Notes under the pieces: model-generated
Databases searched by the model: none
Seen by the model: the letters and a program-made list of their open reading frames with translations, nothing else
What the model was told of the DNA's origin: nothing
Shown: piece by piece, positions 16,881 through 25,104 of the stretch
Layout of the letters: the number at the start of each line of letters is the position of its first letter
Position numbering within the stretch: the stretch's first letter is position 1
Virus record (IMG/VR): IMGVR_UViG_3300034782_000062
Location: 64,001-128,000 of that record
Strand: one strand, 5' to 3'
DNA: 64,000 nt
Origin: a virus
Made by a program: the position numbers and the translations under genes

Positions 16881-17484
16881 CATCCCAGCACCGCACGGAT
16901 ACGCCTTCGTGCTCAACAGCAACACCAGAAAGGGATCGCGCTTTCACCTGGCCGACGCGAGCGGTCGTCCCAAGTGCGGAACCAAGGTAGACGTCAGCGC
17001 CTTGGAGCGCGAATGGGAGATACCCGTCAGCTACGACCCCTGCAAAAGGTGTTTCCCGAAAGGAATCAATCCAATGAACGACGCCAATCATATGACTCCA
17101 GAAGAGTTCGACCGGGTCATGCTTCTCTCGTCCAACGGCGAGATTGAGTGTGATGGCATCGTCATCATCCCAACGGACAGGGTCGATCAGTCGGGCTACC
17201 GAATCATGGATTTTGTCGTCACCGTGACGCCGGATCGCAAGCCTGTGGGCCGCATCAGCGAACTCGGCATGAACGCGCACGACGTCTTCGAGCTGACCGA
17301 CATGCGCGGCACTCGGACTCGGTCCATCGGCGACGAGCCGGTACGGCTCCCCGAGTGGAAGTGCGACTGCCTTCAGCGCAGCGGCTTCCTCTATATCACT
17401 CCATCCTGGGGACGGATCAGGGTCAGCCACGACACGGCGACGGTCCACATCCGTCTCATCAGCAACGACGAGGCCCAGAAATGA
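16870..17484 (+). CDS. Hypothetical protein
   Basis: Overlap-coupled ORF containing H...CG...C.RC. Confidence 0.65.
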   Translation: MKSNIPAPHGYAFVLNSNTRKGSRFHLADASGRPKCGTKVDVSALEREWEIPVSYDPCKRCFPKGINPMNDANHMTPEEFDRVMLLSSNGEIECDGIVIIPTDRVDQSGYRIMDFVVTVTPDRKPVGRISELGMNAHDVFELTDMRGTRTRSIGDEPVRLPEWKCDCLQRSGFLYITPSWGRIRVSHDTATVHIRLISNDEAQK

Positions 17485-18311
17485 ACGAGCGCTGCCAGTT
17501 CTGCATCGACCCGAAGTGCGAGGGGCGAAGAGATTGCGATTGCGAGAGCTGCGACAAGCGCGACTGCTGCTACCGCACTCTTCGCCCCACCATTCGGTTA
17601 ACTCTCAAATGCACCCAGAAATGTGGCCACTGCTGCTGGTCCTCATCACCCCAGCAGGATAAGCACATGCCCCCAGAGGTCGCAGAGCTGGTTCACCAGT
17701 TCCTCGACGCAAACCCCATCCACTCGGCGAACATCATGGGCGGCGAGTTCTGGCTCAACCCGGACTGGGAAGAAGTCCTGGGGATGATCGTTGAGGGGCT
17801 CGACTACGCTCGCCTAGTCACAAACGGCGACTGGGCCGCGGACGAACAGTCCTCAAGACAAGTCCTCGAATTCATGGAGTCCCACGAGCACTGCTTCCTC
17901 GCCATCACCACCGACAAGTGGCACACAAACAAACATGTGGTCACGGCAGAAGAGTTCTGCAAGGAGCACAACCTGCTTCACAAGGTCGGAGGCGACGAGA
18001 GCGACATGGGGATCGTTCCGGTCGGGCGCTCTGCGTTCGACATGAGCCTCTTCGGGATGATGGCTTGCTACTGCCACAACCCTGTTAACAAGTATACGTT
18101 CTTAATAGACGAGGACGGCGTCATCTATAAGTGCGCCTTCGGCACCTGGGACTACGATCGCGTCCACAACTTTGTCTCAGGTGGCTTCCCCGAGCGCTTC
18201 AAAGAGTTCAACGAAAAGTTCTACGGGATGTTCGTCGGGAGCTGCTCCCAGTGTCGCCGAGCCTACGCCTTCGGCACCAAAAGGAGCCGCGTTCAAGAGA
18301 TGGTCGGGTAG
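17481..18311 (+). CDS. Radical SAM protein with SPASM/twitch-like C-terminus
   Basis: CTQKCGHC (CxxxCxxC), IMGGE, TNG, C-terminal CYC...IDEDG.IYKC...CSQC. Confidence 0.85.
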   Translation: MNERCQFCIDPKCEGRRDCDCESCDKRDCCYRTLRPTIRLTLKCTQKCGHCCWSSSPQQDKHMPPEVAELVHQFLDANPIHSANIMGGEFWLNPDWEEVLGMIVEGLDYARLVTNGDWAADEQSSRQVLEFMESHEHCFLAITTDKWHTNKHVVTAEEFCKEHNLLHKVGGDESDMGIVPVGRSAFDMSLFGMMACYCHNPVNKYTFLIDEDGVIYKCAFGTWDYDRVHNFVSGGFPERFKEFNEKFYGMFVGSCSQCRRAYAFGTKRSRVQEMVG

Positions 18312-18362
18312 CACAGGCGTTCATCCCCAGGACGCCCGTGGGATCGTGACCACCACTAATAA

Positions 18363-18397
18363 GTCCTGGTCACTCTGAGAAAGTGGCCAGGGCTCCA
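18363..18397 (+). ncRNA. 35-nt minihelix-TCCA (class I) directly upstream of the cas12m SD
   Basis: 12-bp stem GTCCTGGTCACT/AGTGGCCAGGGC (2 G-U pairs); 7-nt loop CTGAGAA; then T-CCA running into AGGAGG. Confidence 0.7.
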
Positions 18398-18409
18398 AGG
18401 AGGCAACAA

Positions 18410-20146
18410 ATGTCCAGAACCATCGTTTTCAATTTTGGAGGCCGTGCACCAACAAAAAACGCACAGCTCGTTCATGACAACATCTACCACGGGCACAACT
18501 ACTACAATAAGCTCATCGAGCTAGAACGTTGTTACCGCAAGGCAATTCGCGCAGCCCAAGCCGAGTTCCCGGAGATCGCAAAAGCTCAGGCACTCTTCGA
18601 TAACGCTGAAGAGGCTGTTGACGGATTGATCGCGCTAAAAAAACTAGCCAAGTCAAGCGACTCAAGTATTACTCCACCAACGCCCGATGAAATGAAAAAG
18701 GCTGTTGCCGAAAAGAAGGCGGCGGCTGCAGCTCTCAAAGACGCCAAGGCCCCTCATGCTGATTCATTGCAAACCAAATACAAGGCAGCCAAGGATGAGC
18801 TAACGGCATCTATAAAAAAGGCTCGATCCGAGACCGAAACTTTCTGGGGAACCTATCTGTGCATCGAGCGAGCGTTTCAGCAAGCCAAGAAAGCAAAGCC
18901 TATTTTTAAGCCTGGCAAAAAGCGCCCCCCATGGACCGAACGGCCAGCGTGGCGAAAATGGACAGGCCATGGTGTTGTTGGCATGCAAATTCAGAATGGG
19001 ATGCCAGCAGAGAACCTGTTCAAACCTAACACGAGATGTTACATAGATCCCCTTCCAGCCAATGCGTACAACACGAACATTCCCCGTGGCCAACGCCGCA
19101 AGATGCAATACACAACCATCCATTTGCGCGTAGGATCTGAAAACAGAAAACCCATATGGGCTGACATCCCCGTTTACCTGCACCGGGGCTTTCCTGCTGG
19201 CGCGATTGTCAAATGGGTATGTGTTATCCGAACCCCATGGCATCAACATCAAGCCTACAAATGGCAGGTACAAATCACTCTTGAGGTCCCCGACGCTTTT
19301 CCAAAAACCAACAAAAAAGCCGTTGCCATTAATTTAGGTTGGCGCAAACTAGCCGATGGATCCCTTCGAGCAGCCACCTGGGTGGATACTGACGGTCAAT
19401 CGGGCGAGATTATTCTAAGCGACAAGGAATTCAGAGATCGTATTGAAAAATACAACAACCTACGATCGATTCGAGACAAACTGATCGATGAAATCCGGCC
19501 TAAGCTCATCATGTCCGGCATCAACTGCGCCAAATGGAAAAGCCCCGACTCTTTTCAAAAACTTTCTCGTCGCGAAGACTTAACCGACGAACAGAGCGCA
19601 ATTTTGAAACCCTGGGCCTACAAAGATAGGCATCTCAATTGGTATGCCCGTGGTGTAAAAAATGGCGCCCTAAACCACCGGCGCGATGTCTATCGAAAGT
19701 TCGCTCTTTACATAGCGACAAACTACGACATCATCATCGCCGAAAAATACGACATGAAGAACATTGTCGAAGACGAAGATCGGAAAAGAGGTCCAGCGGG
19801 TCAGCGGGTTGAAGCTGCCCCATCCATTGCCAGGCAGATCATCGGCAGCACCGCGACACGGCTCGGGTGTCACATTATCGAGGGCCAAACCACATATGCA
19901 ACCCAAGAGTGCTTTTTTTGCGGTTGCACAGAGCCATGGGATGCCTCTGGTAACATCATGCACACCTGCCAGGAATGTGGTGAACATTGGGACCAGGACA
20001 TCAACAATGCCAAGAACATGCTCGCGAGAGCCGCTGATGCAATCAACTCCCTGGACCCGCTCGCACCTAAAAAGTCAAAGAATTACGGATGGAAATCGGT
20101 ACAAGAAAAGAAAAAACAAGGAGATAACGAAGACCACACTGATTAA
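18410..20146 (+). CDS. cas12m: Compact type V CRISPR effector, Cas12m-like (578 aa), predicted nuclease-deficient
   Basis: Long N-terminal coiled coil; WED motifs W.D.PV.LHR.FP; RuvC-I AVAINLGWR (D->N); KWKSP; RuvC-II IIAE; Zn finger CFFC...CQEC; RuvC-III DQDINNAKNML; adjacent CRISPR array. Resembles recalled MmCas12m motifs (VALHLGWR, WKSP, YDQD). Confidence 0.85.
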   Translation: MSRTIVFNFGGRAPTKNAQLVHDNIYHGHNYYNKLIELERCYRKAIRAAQAEFPEIAKAQALFDNAEEAVDGLIALKKLAKSSDSSITPPTPDEMKKAVAEKKAAAAALKDAKAPHADSLQTKYKAAKDELTASIKKARSETETFWGTYLCIERAFQQAKKAKPIFKPGKKRPPWTERPAWRKWTGHGVVGMQIQNGMPAENLFKPNTRCYIDPLPANAYNTNIPRGQRRKMQYTTIHLRVGSENRKPIWADIPVYLHRGFPAGAIVKWVCVIRTPWHQHQAYKWQVQITLEVPDAFPKTNKKAVAINLGWRKLADGSLRAATWVDTDGQSGEIILSDKEFRDRIEKYNNLRSIRDKLIDEIRPKLIMSGINCAKWKSPDSFQKLSRREDLTDEQSAILKPWAYKDRHLNWYARGVKNGALNHRRDVYRKFALYIATNYDIIIAEKYDMKNIVEDEDRKRGPAGQRVEAAPSIARQIIGSTATRLGCHIIEGQTTYATQECFFCGCTEPWDASGNIMHTCQECGEHWDQDINNAKNMLARAADAINSLDPLAPKKSKNYGWKSVQEKKKQGDNEDHTD

Positions 20147-20209
20147 TCTCGGACCCGCTCGAAAAACGGCATATACTTCAACGAAAAGACAAGGCATTCT
20201 GACAGTGCC

Positions 20210-20922
20210 GTCACAAAGGCTATCTCTACAGCCTATGAGTAGAGACATGTAGACGCTTCGCAAACATTCTGTCCTCAAAGGGGTCACAAAGGCTATCTCT
20301 ACAGCCTATGAGTAGAGACAAGTTAGAATTCTTGATCAAAATGCTTCCATTGTTAAGGTCACAAAGGCTATCTCTACAGCCTATGAGTAGAGACGGATAA
20401 ACAGCATCGTAAACTCCACCCTCTGACAGGTCACAAAGGCTATCTCTACAGCCTATGAGTAGAGACAGGACGAGAGGCCGCTGAGGAGCGAGATGTGCGG
20501 GCACGAGTCACAAAGGCTATCTCTACAGCCTATGAGTAGAGACCGGAGCAAGCCCAGGATGTACTCGTGCTCGAAGGACGAAGTCACAAAGGCCATCTCT
20601 ACGGCCTATGAGTAGAGACATCGGTTGTCTTCCTCTGTAAACGATATTTCCCGTCCTGTCATAAAGGCCATCTCTACGGCCTATGAGTAGAGACACTGTA
20701 GAGTAGGGCAGTCCGGTTCCGTTAGCTACGTCCGTCACAAAGGCTATCTCTACAGCCTATGAGTAGAGACTTGCTCCATTCTGAACCGAACCAAACTTGC
20801 GCCTTGGTTGTCATAAAGGCCATCTCTACGGCCTATGAGTAGAGACAGCCCAACTTCAGCACTGGTTCGAGCCGCCGATAGGTGTGTCATAAAGGCCATC
20901 TCTACGGCCTATAAGTAGAGAC
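20210..20922 (+). CRISPR. CRISPR array: 10 repeats of 37 bp (GTCACAAAGGCTATCTCTACAGCCTATGAGTAGAGAC), 9 spacers of 35-40 bp
   Basis: Repeats start at 20210, 20283, 20358, 20430, 20507, 20583, 20658, 20734, 20810, 20886. The terminal repeat carries an extra G28A change, consistent with a leader on the cas12m side. Confidence 0.98.
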
Positions 20923-20973
20923 CGATAGAGATACGTCGACGCTGGGGTCACATAACAACACAGGAGGTACAAC

Positions 20974-21639
20974 ATGACCAATGAATTCGAGCGAATACTC
21001 CCCCCCGAGGTTGCCGCCGCCGTCCAAACCGGCAGGGCGTCCCTCATGGGCGGACTCATCCAGAGAATCAAGGATGGCAAGGAACAACTTTCGGCAGAGG
21101 ACCAATCAGAGATACTCGCATTGGTCCAAGACCTCATCAACGAGGGCCAGTCCGACAAGTCCCTCATTGAGGAGTCCGAGGCGCAACTCAAGAACCTCAC
21201 CGAAAACGTCAAGGGCACCCTCAAACTGGTAACGGAGCTGACCGAGCACATGCACCAGCTCAGGCTCTCACCTGACAAGCGCCATCTTCAGGACGACTCG
21301 ATCGAGAAATCCTGCAGGCGCGACCTCGAAGAGCACCACGACAAGATTCTTCGAGCCAAGCTCGTCATGGGCTACCGTGGCAACGACTCCGTCGAGGTCA
21401 CCTGCGACCCCCCGGCGCTCGTCCGGGTGACGCAGAAAGACGACGGCCAGTTCATCAACTGGACGACTCACGATTTCGCGGATCCGAACTGGGACGTCGA
21501 GCTTGTAAAGCCACATCCTGCTCTTGAAGGCGTCCGCTCTCTGTGGGTCGATGGCATCAGCCGATCGAGGACGGGAGAGGTTGAGCACCCCGACTGGGAG
21601 ATCGTTTCCAAGGGCTCGCTCAACGCAGATGTTCCTTGA
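20974..21639 (+). CDS. Hypothetical protein (coiled coil plus C-terminal domain)
   Basis: SD AGGAGGT. Confidence 0.75.
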   Translation: MTNEFERILPPEVAAAVQTGRASLMGGLIQRIKDGKEQLSAEDQSEILALVQDLINEGQSDKSLIEESEAQLKNLTENVKGTLKLVTELTEHMHQLRLSPDKRHLQDDSIEKSCRRDLEEHHDKILRAKLVMGYRGNDSVEVTCDPPALVRVTQKDDGQFINWTTHDFADPNWDVELVKPHPALEGVRSLWVDGISRSRTGEVEHPDWEIVSKGSLNADVP

Positions 21640-21689
21640 CTTCTATCGTCCACTCCTCGGCATCAAGTAATTTTTTTCGGTTATCGGGG

Positions 21690-21717
21690 TTGACAGCCCC
21701 CTAGGGGGTGTTATTCT
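21690..21717 (+). promoter_or_regulatory. Putative sigma70 promoter TTGACA-16-TATTCT with extended -10
   Basis: Consensus -35; TG-n-TATTCT; spacer contains the palindrome CCCCCTAGGGGG; lies upstream of the DNA-metabolism genes. Confidence 0.6.
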
Positions 21718-22098
21718 TTCTGTGGGATTTGTAAAAGCCAGTGATGAGGCGATAGAGTCGGTCCCCCCCCATCGACTTTGTCGCCTCATCCATTTAAAAC
21801 GAAGGGAACAAGGTTCGAGGGCTGATACCGGCCCGCCACAACGAAGCGCTTCGTTCAAAAAAAGGACCCATAAGACTCGCGGGGGCGCGTATGCACGCAA
21901 CGCAAACCCTCCCCCCCGACGAAATGGCCAGCGCGCCGGTGTCAGCCTTCGGCCCTTGCCCCCGGAACCTGTCCCCCCAGTGCCCCTCGGTTTGCTGCAG
22001 CCGAGGGGCACACTTTTTAAGGGGTGACCACTTCTGTCATAGTGGAAAGTTAGTATATCCTTACAACATCCACAAAACCGACAGGAGGGAAATTCATC

Positions 22099-23385
22099 AT
22101 GAGGACGAGCGACAGCGCTCTTGAACAGTACGAAGAATGTCCAAGGCAATACGACCTGGAGCGCAACCAGAAAAAGCGTGGGAAGCCAACCGCTCCCATC
22201 CGGCTCGGCAGAGTCGTTCACCGAACAATTCAGAAGCTCCTCAAGAAGTACAAGGAAGCGGGAGAGGCCAAGCCCTTCGACGCTTCACTCGCCTCCGACA
22301 TCTACACCGAGGAATGGGGGAAGGAGCTGGGTCTGAGCGGCAAAGAGCTTTTTACCGACGGACTGCAGATCGTCGCCGACTGGGTTGAGAAGTGGAGCAT
22401 CCCTCTCGACCCCCACTCCATCCTCGGCATCGAGGAGCCCTTCAAGTTCACCATTGAGTATCGTCCCCAGGATGATGAGTATGATGACGAGGAGGAAGAG
22501 GAAGAGACGGCGATCGAGCCCAGCAACCTCATGCCCGTGGAGGTTGTCGGCTACCTAGACCTTGTCCTCGGACACGATCTAGTAGACGAGGAGACGGGCG
22601 AAGTCGAGACTCTCATCGAAGTCATCGATTGGAAGACGACCAAGGCGTTTCTCACGAGCCGGGACGCACAAGAGTCGCTCCAACTCTCCATCTACGATCT
22701 CGCCGCTCGCGAGAAGTGGCCTGACGCCAGGGCCTACCGCGCCGCACTCAATCTGCTGCGTGACGGCACTCACCTTCAGGTTCGCCACAGCACCGCCGAG
22801 CGCCGCGACACCGAACGATACATCCTGGCGACGGCGGCTCAGATACGCGACGAGCGAGAGTGGGCTCCACGGCTCAACTCCAACTGCACCTACTGTCACC
22901 ACCGCCACGACTGCCCCGCCTACCAAAAAGCCCTCAAGGGCGACAGCCACACCGTCGCCGAGGACATGAATGACTTTGACAAGCTCATCGAGGAGCGTGC
23001 TGCGCTTGCAATCCGAAAGAAGATCGTCGGCAAGCGGCTCGACGAAATCGACGACGTCATCAAGGCACACCTCAAATCATCCAAACACCCGCTGGAGATC
23101 GGCGGCTGGTTCTTCAAGCTCTCATCTGTCGAGCGAAAGAACTATCCAGCCGACGTCGTCATCCCACTGCTCGCTCACAAGTTCGACATAAGCCCCGCCG
23201 AGCTGCTCGCCGACCTGACGACTGTCTCCACAAAGAAGCTCAAGGAGCTGATGAAGACCAAAGCCGAAGAGCTTGGGCGCGAGAAGGTCAGCCTCGTACA
23301 AGCCACCCTTGAAAGCAAAGCCGAACGCAACTACTCCTCTCGGCTGTACAACCGAAAGGAGAAGAAGCCCAAACCCAAGAAATAG
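22099..23385 (+). CDS. PD-(D/E)XK exonuclease, RecB/AddB/Cas4-like, with predicted Fe-S cysteines
   Basis: EECPRQY, G..VH, E.PF, GYLDLV, VIDWKT, QL.IY, NCTYC.....CP. Confidence 0.85.
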   Translation: MRTSDSALEQYEECPRQYDLERNQKKRGKPTAPIRLGRVVHRTIQKLLKKYKEAGEAKPFDASLASDIYTEEWGKELGLSGKELFTDGLQIVADWVEKWSIPLDPHSILGIEEPFKFTIEYRPQDDEYDDEEEEEETAIEPSNLMPVEVVGYLDLVLGHDLVDEETGEVETLIEVIDWKTTKAFLTSRDAQESLQLSIYDLAAREKWPDARAYRAALNLLRDGTHLQVRHSTAERRDTERYILATAAQIRDEREWAPRLNSNCTYCHHRHDCPAYQKALKGDSHTVAEDMNDFDKLIEERAALAIRKKIVGKRLDEIDDVIKAHLKSSKHPLEIGGWFFKLSSVERKNYPADVVIPLLAHKFDISPAELLADLTTVSTKKLKELMKTKAEELGREKVSLVQATLESKAERNYSSRLYNRKEKKPKPKK

Positions 23386-23394
23386 GAGGAACCA

Positions 23395-23640
23395 TTGTCC
23401 GTCCTGCACCTGAGAAAAACCAACAGTCCTGGCTCGGACCCACCCTCCGTCGATTGGATTGCCACCTTCGACGATAAGACCGGAATTTGTACCTATTGCA
23501 CCACGGCAGAGGGCGAGCCATCCGTTGCCTTTATCGGCAAGCATCGGAGCTTCATCGACCAATGGCTCGACCTCGGAGTCGTCGATGGAATCGCCTATCA
23601 CGAAATCATCGAAGAACTGCCGGAAGTTCCCGGCCAGTAA
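23395..23640 (+). CDS. Small hypothetical protein
   Basis: SD AGGAGG, TTG start. Confidence 0.6.
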   Translation: MSVLHLRKTNSPGSDPPSVDWIATFDDKTGICTYCTTAEGEPSVAFIGKHRSFIDQWLDLGVVDGIAYHEIIEELPEVPGQ

Positions 23641-23709
23641 CACAATTTTCCGCAAAAACACTTAACCCCAAAAGGCGCAGATGCAATACTGCGGAGGAAG
23701 GAGCTTGCC

Positions 23710-25104
23710 ATGAGCGAGCAGTATTCTATCGAGCTGTATCACCACCCGATCGGTGAGGAGCTGGGCTACATCCACCTCGTCATCAACCACCCCGAGGACC
23801 CTGATCTCAAGAGGCTCATCCTCTCCTCGGAAAGAGGCCGAGACTTCGGAGTCATCTTCACAGTCGACATCTTTGTCGACCAATATCTTGAGATGTGCGA
23901 GGAGGAGCAAGTAACCACCCTCGAAGGTTGCGTCTTGGCGACGGCTGGAGACCAAATCGAGATCCGCGAAGTCCCCGAAGACGAGCCGGTTCAGATTCCC
24001 GAGCGCATCGAGTCTCAGGGCAATGTTCGATCGCTGATTACCGACCGCATGTGGACCCATGACTGGGGTCGCTGCTGCTGCGTCAAACGCGGCAACGAGA
24101 TCGAGCCCGTCACGCCTGAGCGCATCGCCGATGGCGAGGTTCCCTGGTGGAATCAGCGTTTCACTCCAATGCAGCTCGACCTCATCGCAGCGGCAACCGA
24201 CCCGGAGAACAAGGCCATGCACTTGATCGCCGGTGACGACACCATCTGCGGCGGCTGCGGTCACTACGTCTGGATTCAGCTTCCCGAGGACGTTCCGAAC
24301 GAGCTTCCCGAGCCTCCCGAAGAGGAGGAAGTCGATGAGCCGCTATGCCCGGAGCGTGACGCCTTGGATGCTGTGGGTTGGAAGAACAAGGCAGCCGCCT
24401 GGGAGGTCTTCTACGATGACCCTCATAACAAGAAGGTCATCGAGGAATCCGGTCTTCCAATCGCTCGTGCTAACGAGCGGCGCCGATTCAGCTCCGAGGA
24501 TGCCTTCGAGCCAGTCAATCTTCGCTCGGACGTGAAGAACAACCTGCACACCGTCAAACAGGTGTTCTACTTTGCGCTCGGCAACACTCGCAGTGGCACC
24601 TGGGCTGAGCTGGACCTCGACATCCTTCGCTCCATCAAGGGGTTGAAGGGCGTCGATATTCCAAATGAAGTCCTGGAGATGGTTGAATTGGACGACGAGG
24701 AGGCCAACGCTGCCATGCACGCACAGTCTGAGAACCGGGCGACCATGGCACACGTCGATGATGAAGCCGACATCCTGGAGTCGATGCTCGACGAGGACGC
24801 CGGTCTTGAAGTTCCTCCAGAGTTCATGGAGGAAGACGAATCGGAGCCGGAGCCCGAGCCCGAGCCCGAGCCCAATCCTGAACCCGAGGTCTTCGAGTCG
24901 AAAGCTCAGAAGCTTCAATCCTCGCCGAAGCCGACAAGCGAGCCAAAAGCTCCAAAGACTCGAAAGTTCACGCGCAAGCAGGCGAAGGCGAACCTTCTCG
25001 AAGCGACAAAGCAGCTTCAGAACGCCCTCGCCGTTTTCTACCAAGTTCTCCTGGATGACGAGGATGAGGATGAGGACGAAGAGTCACAAAAGGTCGGCGG
25101 CTGA
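23710..25104 (+). CDS. Acidic hypothetical protein with an EP-repeat linker
   Basis: 464-aa ORF with SD. Confidence 0.8.
   Translation: MSEQYSIELYHHPIGEELGYIHLVINHPEDPDLKRLILSSERGRDFGVIFTVDIFVDQYLEMCEEEQVTTLEGCVLATAGDQIEIREVPEDEPVQIPERIESQGNVRSLITDRMWTHDWGRCCCVKRGNEIEPVTPERIADGEVPWWNQRFTPMQLDLIAAATDPENKAMHLIAGDDTICGGCGHYVWIQLPEDVPNELPEPPEEEEVDEPLCPERDALDAVGWKNKAAAWEVFYDDPHNKKVIEESGLPIARANERRRFSSEDAFEPVNLRSDVKNNLHTVKQVFYFALGNTRSGTWAELDLDILRSIKGLKGVDIPNEVLEMVELDDEEANAAMHAQSENRATMAHVDDEADILESMLDEDAGLEVPPEFMEEDESEPEPEPEPEPNPEPEVFESKAQKLQSSPKPTSEPKAPKTRKFTRKQAKANLLEATKQLQNALAVFYQVLLDDEDEDEDEESQKVGG

Noticed and set aside
1075-18335. CAGGAYG inside the palindrome resembles CsrA/RsmA-binding repeats of CsrB
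   Set aside because: The GGA lies in the stem of the palindrome rather than in a loop, and the site occurs in both orientations, so a CsrA sponge explanation fits poorly.
18301-18355. Irregular hairpin with the palindrome at its tip, ending GACCA-CCA
   Set aside because: Several bulges and mismatches in the would-be acceptor stem; not counted among the 13 elements.
18410-20146. IS200/IS605 TnpB transposon interpretation
   Set aside because: No tnpA or transposon ends seen; protein size, motifs and the adjacent CRISPR array fit a Cas12m-like effector better.
20551-20582. Spacer 5 contains CCCAGGATG and AGGACG, resembling the palindrome
   Set aside because: The left half-site is missing and no extended match to the window was found; likely chance.
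20923-20960. GTCACA 24 bp after the last repeat, as a possible 11th degenerate repeat
   Set aside because: Only 6 nt match and the spacing is too short.
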